Part shown: piece by piece, positions 36,473 through 45,855 of the stretch
How the letters are laid out: each line of letters starts with the position of its first letter
Numbering within the stretch: position 1 is the first letter of the stretch
From: a phage
Reading direction: 5' to 3' (one strand)
Sequence record: PZ386970.1
DNA: 64,000 nt
The notes under the pieces: model-generated
Told to the model about the DNA's origin: nothing
Seen by the model: only the letters and a program-made list of their open reading frames with translations
Database searches by the model: none
Translations under genes and position numbers: made by a program

Positions 36473-37066
36473 TTATTTCAAAGAGTTAATATATTCTTGT
36501 ACATCAGCAGAAGTGGTTTCGACACCGGCTGGAGTGCCATTGAACGTTTCAACACGAGTCAGAGTGTCTTCGATATCAACCTTAGTCAGTGCAGCGATTT
36601 CAATTACATCATCAGCCGTAGAGATACCAAGGGCATTGGCTGCTCGAGTTTCACGAATGTATTCGAGTTTGATTGCCAGGTTCTGACGAGCATCGTCAAG
36701 TTCAACCACCTTACGAGCAATTTCAATTCGCATAGCGGCATACCCGTCAGCTTTTGTATTAAGTTGTTCGGCAGTTCGACGATACAGAAGACCAAGCTTA
36801 GCATGCATGGTAACATCTTGTCCTTCAGCCAGGAGCTTACGAATTTCACGTTCCTTAGAAGCGGCTTGCTTGTTCTTTTCATTAACAAGTTCGCGAATAC
36901 GTTTTTCTTCATTAATAGATTTAACAGAAGCCGTTTTTAGTTCTTTGATTTGGGTAATCAACTTATCTGCAGCTGCGTTATACTGTTCTTCGACAGTCAG
37001 ATTTTTAGCCATAGCAGTACCCAGTTTAGTGCGGATAAATTCAACAAGTTTCTTCAGTGTGTTCAT
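36473..37066 (-). CDS. coiled-coil protein (possibly PspA/IM30-like)
   Basis: About 197 aa, predominantly helical with charged heptad-like segments; PspA resemblance is by composition and length only. Confidence 0.45.
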   Translation of the reverse strand: MNTLKKLVEFIRTKLGTAMAKNLTVEEQYNAAADKLITQIKELKTASVKSINEEKRIRELVNEKNKQAASKEREIRKLLAEGQDVTMHAKLGLLYRRTAEQLNTKADGYAAMRIEIARKVVELDDARQNLAIKLEYIRETRAANALGISTADDVIEIAALTKVDIEDTLTRVETFNGTPAGVETTSADVQEYINSLK

Positions 37067-37136
37067 ATTATTACCTTTCAATTGGTGGTTTATTATCCAT
37101 GAGAGCATTATACTCTGCTCTCAGGAGTTTGTACAC

Positions 37137-37385
37137 TTATTTGTACGAATTAATAATCTCTTCCATTTTATCCAGAACATGGATATCGATTATACGAGGA
37201 AGTGCCGAAAGATTAGAACCGTCGAAAGATTTAAGGTCTTCCAAAATAATATTTTCAATGGCTTTTAAAGCTTCCGCAGATTCTGATGCAGAATTAAATT
37301 CAGGAATTTCTCCAAAAAGACGTAAGAATGAACCAAAGTATTCTGCGGCGATTTCTTTAGCTTGTTCGATATCAGACTTAAACAT
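37137..37385 (-). CDS. hypothetical acidic protein
   Basis: Start moved to MFKSDIEQ..., downstream of the promoter at 37414-37442. Confidence 0.4.
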   Translation of the reverse strand: MFKSDIEQAKEIAAEYFGSFLRLFGEIPEFNSASESAEALKAIENIILEDLKSFDGSNLSALPRIIDIHVLDKMEEIINSYK

Positions 37386-37413
37386 TTTGTTTTCCTCATT
37401 TGTTGGTGGAGTA

Positions 37414-37442
37414 ATCATATCACCATCCTTGGCGTTTGTACA
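37414..37442 (-). promoter_or_regulatory. T4-type early promoter
   Basis: Minus strand TGTACA-17 nt-TATGAT. Confidence 0.4.
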
Positions 37443-37670
37443 TTATTTTTTAATCAAATTGACATAAAACTTGGCGTCTTCCGGGTGCATGCCTTCGCAG
37501 TATTCTTCAACCATGAACTTCTTAACAGCTTCATAAGGACCACTCAGATTAAGCTCAGTTGTCCAGAACTTGGAATCTTGGACTGAATCGATACGAACTT
37601 CAGGGTGACGATTGCGAATAACTTCTTCGGTGTATTCATAATCAACGACATCAATACTAACTGTAGCCAT
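37443..37670 (-). CDS. hypothetical protein
   Basis: 75 aa ORF. Confidence 0.4.
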   Translation of the reverse strand: MATVSIDVVDYEYTEEVIRNRHPEVRIDSVQDSKFWTTELNLSGPYEAVKKFMVEEYCEGMHPEDAKFYVNLIKK

Positions 37671-37698
37671 TTTGTTTTCCTCTTGATTTGATGTGATT

Positions 37699-37728
37699 AC
37701 TATAACATAAACTTACTTAGATGTAAAT
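37699..37728 (-). promoter_or_regulatory. T4-type early promoter
   Basis: Minus strand ATTTAC-18 nt-TATAGT. Confidence 0.4.
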
Positions 37729-37911
37729 TATTTCAACGTCACCTTTAGCTGCTTTATAACCTTCGGCCCAAGATACAACAGAGTTTTTATCTGAGGATTC
37801 AAATTCAGGCATTGGGCTCTCGCCAATATTCACACAGTATGTTTCTTCGTTTTCATCGAACCAAATAATTAAAGTAGTCATTTTGTTTACTCCTCTGTAG
37901 TTGATAAGTCT

Positions 37912-37941
37912 ATAGTATCATCATCCTTTTGGCTTGTACAT
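37912..37941 (-). promoter_or_regulatory. T4-type early promoter
   Basis: Minus strand TGTACA-17 nt-TACTAT followed by AGACTTATC; serves a sub-60-aa ORF at about 37715-37882 that is absent from the ORF track. Confidence 0.45.
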
Positions 37942-37948
37942 CATTATT

Positions 37949-38254
37949 TTAATTTTTCCAACTTAACAACTTGTAGTATCCTTCATTCGTACGAGGTTTA
38001 TCCCAAGAAATACTAATATATGATTCGCTATCAATAGAAGTCGCCGGGTTTTTCTCTACCGTAAGACCTTCACTTTCCAGCCATTCAATAGTATTTGCGC
38101 ATAAATCAGAAGAACACCTCATCGGAAACCGGCAAGATTTTTCACCTTTAGCTGCAGTGTTATACATCTTTTCTAAAATACGCTTTTGCACGTTTTTAAA
38201 AATAGTTTCAGCAGATTCTTCAGATTTTTTATTCAGTTCAGTATAAAGACTCAT
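37949..38254 (-). CDS. hypothetical protein
   Basis: 101 aa ORF. Confidence 0.4.
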   Translation of the reverse strand: MSLYTELNKKSEESAETIFKNVQKRILEKMYNTAAKGEKSCRFPMRCSSDLCANTIEWLESEGLTVEKNPATSIDSESYISISWDKPRTNEGYYKLLSWKN

Positions 38255-38282
38255 AACATTTTCCTCTGTAGTCGATAAGTCT

Positions 38283-38311
38283 ATAGTATCACATCTAGGG
38301 AAGAAGTAAAC
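38283..38311 (-). promoter_or_regulatory. T4-type early promoter
   Basis: Minus strand GTTTAC-17 nt-TGA-TACTAT followed by AGACTTATC. Confidence 0.5.
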
Positions 38312-38331
38312 AACTTTTTTAGTAAGTTATA

Positions 38332-38360
38332 GACCCCCTAATGGGGACCGAAGTCCCCAT
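38332..38360 (-). terminator. UUCG-tetraloop hairpin element
   Basis: Minus strand AAUGGGGAC-UUCG-GUCCCCAUU followed by AGGGGGUC, directly after the stop at 38364; same architecture as the element at 20665-20692. Confidence 0.4.
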
Positions 38361-38363
38361 TCT

Positions 38364-38990
38364 TTACTTACGAGTTTTTGCATACTGAGCAGCGTCAGCA
38401 GCCAAACGACCTGCTTGTCGAAGTTTTTCTTTAATCTCATCATGAAGTGGTTGAGTATACTTCAAACCTTCGATAGTCAAATAAAGACGATAAAGGTCTG
38501 GGGTATCAAGGTTGTTGATATGTTGACCATTACGAAGAATATTGAATTCACGAACGAGTGAAGATGTATCAGATTCAATATCACGAACAAGCGAAGATAG
38601 TTGTTTATATTTTTTTTCCAGGCTAGAAGTATCAAACTTAAGAGCAGGAGCTTTAGGAGTTGCTTTTACTTCCGGCTTAGGCTCAGGTTTTGCTACTGCT
38701 TTAGGGGTCGCAGGTTTAGGAATGGTAGGAGCAGGTTTTACTTTAGGCGAACCAGACTTAGCAGAAACACCACCACTAACAATATCTTTGAATGCTTTAG
38801 AAGCTCTATAATATTCTTTTTGGCTTGAAGTGTCGATACCGTACATGGCTTGAACGTTTTTGAAAAACTCTGTACTAGTTTTTGTACCAGAAATAGCATC
38901 GTAAGCAGCTTGCCATTTCTCTTTTGTCATACGTACACCGGCTTCGGTGATTACTTCCGTTTCGGCTAAAAATTCATTAAAAGTATACAT
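38364..38990 (-). CDS. internal protein-like with proline/lysine-rich repeat region
   Basis: 208 aa starting MYTFNEFLAE (capsid-targeting-like), with central KP/AP-rich low-complexity tract. Confidence 0.5.
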   Translation of the reverse strand: MYTFNEFLAETEVITEAGVRMTKEKWQAAYDAISGTKTSTEFFKNVQAMYGIDTSSQKEYYRASKAFKDIVSGGVSAKSGSPKVKPAPTIPKPATPKAVAKPEPKPEVKATPKAPALKFDTSSLEKKYKQLSSLVRDIESDTSSLVREFNILRNGQHINNLDTPDLYRLYLTIEGLKYTQPLHDEIKEKLRQAGRLAADAAQYAKTRK

Positions 38991-39033
38991 TGATGGTCCT
39001 TAGAAGGTAGGTTTATTGTTTACTATATTTATA

Positions 39034-39063
39034 CAAAAAAGCCCCAACCTTTCGGAAGGGGCT
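39034..39063 (-). terminator. rho-independent terminator
   Basis: Minus strand AGCCCC-UUCCGAAAGGUU-GGGGCU followed by UUUUUU; closes the tRNA region. Confidence 0.55.
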
Positions 39064-39111
39064 ATGCCTTGCGGCAACCTTGTCGGGGTTCCACCTGCTA
39101 AGGCAAGTGTT

Positions 39112-39206
39112 TGTACGAAACGCCGGGATTTGAACCCGGTTATTAAGTAGTTGACGCTACTCAATATTTTTAAAAGGCCATATCTCGACCATATCCGAAC
39201 GTTCCG
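39112..39206 (-). ncRNA. tRNA-like RNA (unresolved; possible class II tRNA or small stable RNA)
   Basis: Canonical T-arm CCGGG-UUCAAAU-CCCGG on the minus strand and a possible 7-bp acceptor pairing about 92 nt apart; I could not fold a canonical D-arm or anticodon arm by eye. Confidence 0.3.
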
Positions 39207-39374
39207 TCAAAAACGCTACTCGGCTTACGGCAAAGATATTTCCTCGAATCGATAATTCTGTGCGCCGTTTCTGCTGTGATGTAAGGGGATATTAACAAAT
39301 CATAAAGATTTATTAAGACCAGTCCTTACTCAGGGAACATCAGTCCGACGACTTGCCGGTAGCGACCCGGCTTC

Positions 39375-39722
39375 TTATTTTGGCATATCATCAATTTGTT
39401 CTCGACGCCTACGCCATAGATTAATCGCTTCATTGACACATTCTGCGTTTGGTATATGACGGCAATAATATAATGATTCGCGTTTCTGGAACCGATGTTG
39501 CAACGGGATTTCGTTTAAAAGGTCTTTACGGTCAAAGTATTCAAAACTAGTTAACCCGGAACGGTTTTTAAGAAACTTCCAATGTCCGAATTCATTTTGA
39601 AAATAAACATAATCAGCATGCTGATACAGCGAATTAATTAACCTATCGGAAATAACTGTTTCACGTTCGTTAAAATAAAACGTTAAATCATGAACTACCA
39701 GATAAACATTGCCTTTCATATT
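39375..39722 (-). CDS. hypothetical protein within tRNA region
   Basis: Start moved to MKGNVYLVVHDL..., preceded by a GAGGA ribosome-binding site; the longer ORF-track start would overlap the tRNA-Arg gene. Confidence 0.4.
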   Translation of the reverse strand, partial: NMKGNVYLVVHDLTFYFNERETVISDRLINSLYQHADYVYFQNEFGHWKFLKNRSGLTSFEYFDRKDLLNEIPLQHRFQKRESLYYCRHIPNAECVNEAINLWRRRREQIDDMPK

Positions 39723-39737
39723 TTCCTCACTTGAAGT

Positions 39738-39814
<77 letters not shown>

Positions 39815-39817
39815 GAT

Positions 39818-39892
39818 TGGTGACCCTGGCTGGTTTCGATCCAGCTACCTATCAGTTATGAGCTGACAGCTCTCCCATTGAGCTACAGGGCC
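39818..39892 (-). tRNA. tRNA with CAU anticodon (Met or Ile2-type)
   Basis: Hand-folded cloverleaf on the minus strand: acceptor GGCCCUG/CAGGGUC, D-stem GCUC/GAGC, anticodon loop CUCAUAA, T-arm GCUGG-AUCGAAA-CCAGC, encoded CCA; 3 nt from the tRNA-Arg 5' end. Confidence 0.7.
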
Positions 39893-39971
39893 TTAATAAC
39901 TTTCTATTATGAAAGGCACTTTAGAGCACCTTTGGTAATAGAGGGTATGAATTAATAATAACACATAATTC

Positions 39972-40496
39972 TTAAAGCAAATCAATCATTTTAACAGTTG
40001 GCAAAACAATTTCTTCTTCAATATAAGCAAATTCAACACGTTCAACTACACGCAAGAAATCGTAATCATAGTATTCAGAAGCATAGCCAAGAATATCAAT
40101 AAGTCCTTGAGATATCTCATCGCCTTTAACAAAGAACAGGTCGAATACGCGGGCTTCGTCTTCTTCAGATTTATCACCAAGGTCTACTTCGATGCCAAAG
40201 ACCTTTTTAATAAATTCCGGTTGGAGTTGGTCTGAGAACAGTCCTTCAACCAAGTATTCATAGATTAAAAGCGAGCAATCACTGAATGGCGTATTGCCAC
40301 AGTAACGTTCAGCTTTAGTGCTGGAATGACGGCTCTTAAATTTCTTCAAGAGGTATTTGAACTGTTGGAGCTCATGCTCTTCCACTTCAAACAATGTTTT
40401 GGTTTTATAGTTGTCGCCGTCATTTTCATAGGTAGTGACATCAATTACGTAACCCTTAGGAATTGTACTGCCTAAACAAATATTCATTTTACTCAC
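39972..40496 (-). CDS. hypothetical acidic protein
   Basis: 174 aa ORF. Confidence 0.45.
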   Translation of the reverse strand: MSKMNICLGSTIPKGYVIDVTTYENDGDNYKTKTLFEVEEHELQQFKYLLKKFKSRHSSTKAERYCGNTPFSDCSLLIYEYLVEGLFSDQLQPEFIKKVFGIEVDLGDKSEEDEARVFDLFFVKGDEISQGLIDILGYASEYYDYDFLRVVERVEFAYIEEEIVLPTVKMIDLL

Positions 40497-40783
40497 CGTA
40501 CCATATTAATGTAATTATATTCAATGCAACGTAATTTCAAAGGGTTCTTGAAAATATCATATTCAAGAGGGCCTTTTTCTGTTTCGATAAAGAAATCAAA
40601 GTTCACACTATTAAATTTGCGGTCTTCCCAAAGTAATTTAACCTGTGAAGATGAACGGTCGATATAAACTTTTTCAACTTCAAAGTTGGTCAAAATACCA
40701 TAGTCATCAACTAGTGCTTTAGCTGCACGTTGGTCGCTTTCATATCCATTCTCAACGGATTTTACCTTAGCATAAAGAATCAT
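40493..40783 (-). CDS. hypothetical protein
   Basis: 96 aa ORF. Confidence 0.4.
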   Translation of the reverse strand: MILYAKVKSVENGYESDQRAAKALVDDYGILTNFEVEKVYIDRSSSQVKLLWEDRKFNSVNFDFFIETEKGPLEYDIFKNPLKLRCIEYNYINMVR

Positions 40784-41160
40784 GAATGTTCCACCACTTC
40801 AAAGGTATGAGCATCAACAATATGATACCAGTCAAAATTTTCTTCTGCGTTTTTATAAATTTCGCGAAGAGCCTCAACAGTTTTACCTTTAGCGTAAAGG
40901 TCGTCGATACCACCATAAGGATAACAGTCATAACCAGCAAACAGAAGGAAATTAATAGTTTCTGTAGGGGCTGGATGCAGAACGCCGTTATCATCTACTA
41001 CTTCAAAGAATGTGTAAGAAGGAGTACAAGTTTTAATCCAAGCCCATGCTTGAGCCGCTGAATCAAATGGTCTGCGTATCAAACGACAATCAGGGTCTTT
41101 AGAAGGATTTGCTTCAAAATCCGCATATACATGATATTTCATTTTACTCATCTTTTGCAA
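40780..41160 (-). CDS. hypothetical protein
   Basis: 126 aa ORF. Confidence 0.4.
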   Translation of the reverse strand: MQKMSKMKYHVYADFEANPSKDPDCRLIRRPFDSAAQAWAWIKTCTPSYTFFEVVDDNGVLHPAPTETINFLLFAGYDCYPYGGIDDLYAKGKTVEALREIYKNAEENFDWYHIVDAHTFEVVEHS

Positions 41161-41329
41161 TTTTATCCATAACGATAGCGATTAAGCCGATTAGAAATGC
41201 TACTACCAATGAGATAGAATTTTCTGTTGTTGTCAGTAGTCCACAAATGAATCCTACAAACATCGAAAAACTAAAAGCCATTGAAGCAATTACTACAGCA
41301 ACATTACGAATCAGTTCAGCACGTTTCAT
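41144..41329 (-). CDS. hypothetical small membrane protein
   Basis: 61 aa, two hydrophobic helices. Confidence 0.4.
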   Translation of the reverse strand: MKRAELIRNVAVVIASMAFSFSMFVGFICGLLTTTENSISLVVAFLIGLIAIVMDKIAKDE

Positions 41330-41357
41330 TTTATTCTCCTCAGTAGTTGATAGGGTA

Positions 41358-41387
41358 ATAGTATCACTACCCTATCTAAAAGTAAAC
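41358..41387 (-). promoter_or_regulatory. T4-type early promoter inside palindrome GATAGGGTA...TACCCTATC
   Basis: Minus strand GTTTAC-18 nt-TACTAT. Confidence 0.45.
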
Positions 41388-41398
41388 GGTTTTATAAA

Positions 41399-41707
41399 CT
41401 ATTTTATTCCGCGTGATGCAATCGTATTCTGCCGTTTAACGCCAGTTTGTTTAAAGTTATGATTGTCGAGTTGATCGGTACGAGCAACTCCGAATGATGA
41501 TTTAATCTTAGCTTTAGATCCTTTAGTTATAGAAATAAACATCTCGGGAGCCCCTTTCTTAAAGTCCGAAGCAATTACTTCAACACCGTTCTTAGCAAGT
41601 GACCTCAGAATTGCTTCCGCATACTCATCATCAAGACCCGCTTGAGTATGAATAACGAATGTCTTTGGTGCAGCTGCTTCACAGATAAATTCTTTAAATG
41701 TTTTCAT
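41399..41707 (-). CDS. internal protein I-like (capsid-targeting N-terminus)
   Basis: 102 aa starting MKTFKEFICEA; located directly upstream of 57B, the ipI position in T4. Confidence 0.55.
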   Translation of the reverse strand: MKTFKEFICEAAAPKTFVIHTQAGLDDEYAEAILRSLAKNGVEVIASDFKKGAPEMFISITKGSKAKIKSSFGVARTDQLDNHNFKQTGVKRQNTIASRGIK

Positions 41708-41737
41708 TTTATTTTCCTAATTAATTTTGATAGGACT

Positions 41738-41767
41738 ACTATAACATAGTCCTATCAGCATGTAAAC
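41738..41767 (-). promoter_or_regulatory. T4-type early promoter inside palindrome GATAGGACTA...TAGTCCTATC
   Basis: Minus strand GTTTAC-18 nt-TATAGT, upstream of the ipI-like gene. Confidence 0.5.
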
Positions 41768-41779
41768 TGTTTTGTGAAA

Positions 41780-42465
<686 letters not shown>

Positions 42466-42469
42466 TTTA

Positions 42470-43204
42470 TTACCTTAAGATTGTTTCAATTTTAGAATAA
42501 AGCTCTTCTAAAGAGCCGTCGTTTGTAATAACTAAATCGCCTTCTTCAATAGGCAACCCAGCTTCTGTAATATGTTTATCAACGGATTCCGTACCAGAGC
42601 GAACCACATGAATAACTGTAGCACCCATCGCTCTAGCGGTTTCCATTTCATGGACTTGACGTGTATCGGTTACAACATAGTAATCGAAATCACTTCCAAT
42701 ATAATCCATATAGTTTAATGCAAAAAGTTTAACCCAATACATACGGTCAAATAAATTAACGACAACATCCGTACCGAGGGCTTGCATAAGACGGCGGATT
42801 GACCATGTGTCGTTGATATTATTTATAGCTTCACGCAGGGCTTCATATGGTTTAATATCTAGATACGAATATCCACCTTCTAACGATGATAATACTTTAA
42901 CATTATTAATTAGTAAATATTGACTTTGTAAATAAATTAGTGCTTCTTCCATTAATTCAATAACATCCAACTTATTGATATTTAATGGCGTTTCACGGTC
43001 GTATCCAACACCTTCAAAGTATTCATATTTCAACTCGGTGAATACATCAGGGTTTTCAACATGTTTACGTCCCCAGGCTATTGCTAGAGCGTCTTTAATC
43101 GGATATGCTAATTGATATTTTACAGATTTAAAGTTTGAATTGATGTAATCAGCAGTAGTGTCTTTACCACTACGTTTGATGCCACTTAAAAAGATTAGCT
43201 CCAT
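42470..43204 (-). CDS. 1: deoxynucleoside monophosphate kinase (gp1)
   Basis: 244 aa; P-loop FLSGIKRSGKDT and conserved RMYWVKLFAL...TDTRQ...HEME...ATVIHVVR, matching T4 gp1 as recalled. Confidence 0.85.
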   Translation of the reverse strand: MELIFLSGIKRSGKDTTADYINSNFKSVKYQLAYPIKDALAIAWGRKHVENPDVFTELKYEYFEGVGYDRETPLNINKLDVIELMEEALIYLQSQYLLINNVKVLSSLEGGYSYLDIKPYEALREAINNINDTWSIRRLMQALGTDVVVNLFDRMYWVKLFALNYMDYIGSDFDYYVVTDTRQVHEMETARAMGATVIHVVRSGTESVDKHITEAGLPIEEGDLVITNDGSLEELYSKIETILR

Positions 43205-43257
43205 AGGTTTTCCTCATATAATTTATGAGTGATTATAACATACGGAGCTAGAAGCGA

Positions 43258-43842
43258 TTAACGCAAGGAAGGGTGTCTAGAAATGGATTTAGATTCGACC
43301 GCTTGACGTGGTTGTTGAGATACAATGACTTCACCATCTTTTTCTATCGTCATATACGCGTAGTGAATAGTTGCTACGCACGTAACGGCAGGGTCAGAAT
43401 CTTCAGTGTAACTAAATTCAATTTCGCTCAGATCGGAAATCCATGGTTTATAGAAATTTGCCGTCAAAACTACTTCGGTCTTATTGTTGTTTAAAATGTG
43501 CAAAGTAACAAACTCAGGACCATCGGCATGGGCTGTATTATGACCTGTTATATAGTTATTAGTGCTGAGCATCCATTTATACATGTTCATCCAGGACGTC
43601 ATGTCTTCATCAACTATAAATCGTACAATAAAAGGATCATATTCAAATGTAGTGCCTGCGCGCATTGCACGCCCTAGCCCCATTGTGCCTGTCACGGTTT
43701 CAACAACAGGAATTCTCACACCTGGCAGTGGAGCCGTTTGGGCATTGAGCACAAAACCTGAAGTTCTTGTACTATCTGGGATATCCACAACAAAGTTTGT
43801 TATATTTGTTTGGTTAAAAATCTGTCTCGTTGGACGAGTCAT
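43258..43842 (-). CDS. 3: tail completion/sheath stabiliser protein gp3
   Basis: Position between genes 1 and 2 and size; start may be at the third codon. Confidence 0.65.
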   Translation of the reverse strand: MTRPTRQIFNQTNITNFVVDIPDSTRTSGFVLNAQTAPLPGVRIPVVETVTGTMGLGRAMRAGTTFEYDPFIVRFIVDEDMTSWMNMYKWMLSTNNYITGHNTAHADGPEFVTLHILNNNKTEVVLTANFYKPWISDLSEIEFSYTEDSDPAVTCVATIHYAYMTIEKDGEVIVSQQPRQAVESKSISRHPSLR

Positions 43843-43944
43843 AAGCACCTCAAAAACGCTTTAATAAAAATGCAGTATAATGGTTTTAGGTCTCTTCCAT
43901 TAATCCGGTTCAACAGAATATCAGAAGAACGGAAGAGAATAGAA

Positions 43945-44766
43945 TTAAGATTTCCAAACAGTATTCGCAGAGAAACGTTTTCCTTTTGACATAAACTGCT
44001 GAGTAGGTAACATGATTATGTTAGCCCAGTCTTTAGGAGCTATTTCTGTTATTGTTCCTTTAATGTGGCCTGGCAGGTATGCTTTAATCATTTTGTCAGC
44101 ACCTTGAAATCCTTTCACCTTGCTCCAGTCTATCTTCAACTTTGTGTTATTAGTAATAGTAGTTGTGCTAGCATATTGCTTCAGCAATTCTTCAAGAAAC
44201 TGTTGACGTGCTTTAGGCGGGATATAGTGCAAGTTTAACCCATACATCAAATTATGTTTACCTAATCCTAAATAAATAATCAAAGGATATCGGTCCCAAT
44301 ACGGCAGAGTATCTTTATGTTTAGCATCATACACGTAAGTATAAATTTTGCCCGGCGTAGGCTTGACTACTTTATGACCTTTTACACTTTTCTTAATTGT
44401 TTCAGCAAACCACTTAGATGATTTGTTGTTTACTGCTGCGCCTTCATTTCTAATCTTTTCTCGTATTGAACTGCGAAACGAGTTTATCATCAGAAGTTGA
44501 CGTTCTTGCTTATTGAGTTTATTTTTAGGTTTAGATTCAAGCGTTTCAATTTTCTGTTCAGTTTTAATAGCCGATGCATATTTAGACATTGCAGATGTAA
44601 ACGTCGAGTATTTTATTCCTTTTGATTCTGCAAATGCTTTTGCAGTGATTCCTTTCTCTTTAGCTTTCTTGTACTCTAATCCTACCTTAATCCATTTTCT
44701 TTCGTTAATAGACCTTGCGATCTTAACGACTTGTACCCCTTCAGATATAACTTGGAATATGCTCAT
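43945..44766 (-). CDS. 2: DNA end protector protein gp2
   Basis: 273 aa basic protein in the T4 gene 2 position (T4 gp2 is 274 aa). Confidence 0.7.
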   Translation of the reverse strand: MSIFQVISEGVQVVKIARSINERKWIKVGLEYKKAKEKGITAKAFAESKGIKYSTFTSAMSKYASAIKTEQKIETLESKPKNKLNKQERQLLMINSFRSSIREKIRNEGAAVNNKSSKWFAETIKKSVKGHKVVKPTPGKIYTYVYDAKHKDTLPYWDRYPLIIYLGLGKHNLMYGLNLHYIPPKARQQFLEELLKQYASTTTITNNTKLKIDWSKVKGFQGADKMIKAYLPGHIKGTITEIAPKDWANIIMLPTQQFMSKGKRFSANTVWKS

Positions 44767-44768
44767 AA

Positions 44769-45218
44769 TTACCCCTTGTATCCGAGTTTTCTAAGTCCGT
44801 CTTCGGTTAGAACTCGAAATTTTATATTTCTCTTTTCAGCAACAGCTGAGGCAGCTTTCCATTTGTCACAGTTCACAGACCAGGTATATATTTCATTCAT
44901 ATAACGTTTCTTTGCTGCGGTCGTAAGATTTGTGGGCTTAATAGGTGGCTGAGTTTCTTTCTTTGGTTTTATTTCTACAAAAAACTCTTGACCTGATGCA
45001 TCTTTCATCCATATGTCCATATAGTATCGACGTTTCTTACCTTCAGCATTACAAAAATATGGAATTACTGCTGTTTCACTACCCCATGCAATAATTTCTG
45101 GATTTTTATCCAACCATTCGAAAAAGAATTTTTCCCAGTTTGAACGATACGTTATTTTGGTATGGTCTCCACGGTATTTTTTTAAATTTTTTGGGACCCA
45201 TTTACCAGAGTAGGCCAT
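44769..45218 (-). CDS. 4: head completion protein gp4
   Basis: Start moved to MAYSGKWVP... with strong AAGGAGG ribosome-binding site; 150 aa as in T4 gp4. Confidence 0.7.
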   Translation of the reverse strand: MAYSGKWVPKNLKKYRGDHTKITYRSNWEKFFFEWLDKNPEIIAWGSETAVIPYFCNAEGKKRRYYMDIWMKDASGQEFFVEIKPKKETQPPIKPTNLTTAAKKRYMNEIYTWSVNCDKWKAASAVAEKRNIKFRVLTEDGLRKLGYKG

Positions 45219-45229
45219 GTTGTCCTCCT

Positions 45230-45237
45230 TATAAATA
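45230..45237 (+). promoter_or_regulatory. T4 late promoter (TATAAATA)
   Basis: Exact TATAAATA about 40 nt upstream of gene 53 in the divergent 4/53 intergenic region. Confidence 0.55.
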
Positions 45238-45279
45238 GTATTATTATTTATACCAATTTCATATTGGAAGGAGACTATT

Positions 45280-45855
45280 TTGTTATTTACATTCTTCGAC
45301 CCAATAGGATATAGTGCTAAAACAGTTGATAAGAATGCACCTACTATTCCTATGACAGACATATTTCGTAACTATAAAGAGTACTTTAAGCGTGTTGCTG
45401 CCAATTATAGATTACGTTCTTATTATATTAAAGGCTCTCCACGTCCTGAAGAACTAGCGAATATCATTTATGGCAACCCACAATTATACTGGGTTCTTTT
45501 GATGTGCAACGATAACTACGACCCGTATTATGGTTGGATTACATCTCAGGAAGCAGCGTATCAAGCTTCTATTCAGAAATATGCAAATGCTGGCGGAGAT
45601 CAAATTCTTTACCATATTAACGAGAACCGTGAGAAATTTTACAATTTGGTTTCATATCCAGACGAGCCTTTAGTGTGGTATGATAAAGGTGATGAAGCTC
45701 GTAAGTATCCGCAATATAAAGGACCTTTAGCTGCAGTAGATACTTATGAAGCGGCAGTATTAGATAATGAAAAACTTCGTAAAATAAAAATTGTTGCAAA
45801 AGAAGATATAAACTCGTTTATCACAGATTTGATTCGTGAGATGGAGATTGCATAA
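45280..45855 (+). CDS. 53: baseplate wedge protein gp53
   Basis: 191 aa; first gene of the plus-strand late operon, preceding gp5 as in T4. Confidence 0.85.
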   Translation: MLFTFFDPIGYSAKTVDKNAPTIPMTDIFRNYKEYFKRVAANYRLRSYYIKGSPRPEELANIIYGNPQLYWVLLMCNDNYDPYYGWITSQEAAYQASIQKYANAGGDQILYHINENREKFYNLVSYPDEPLVWYDKGDEARKYPQYKGPLAAVDTYEAAVLDNEKLRKIKIVAKEDINSFITDLIREMEIA

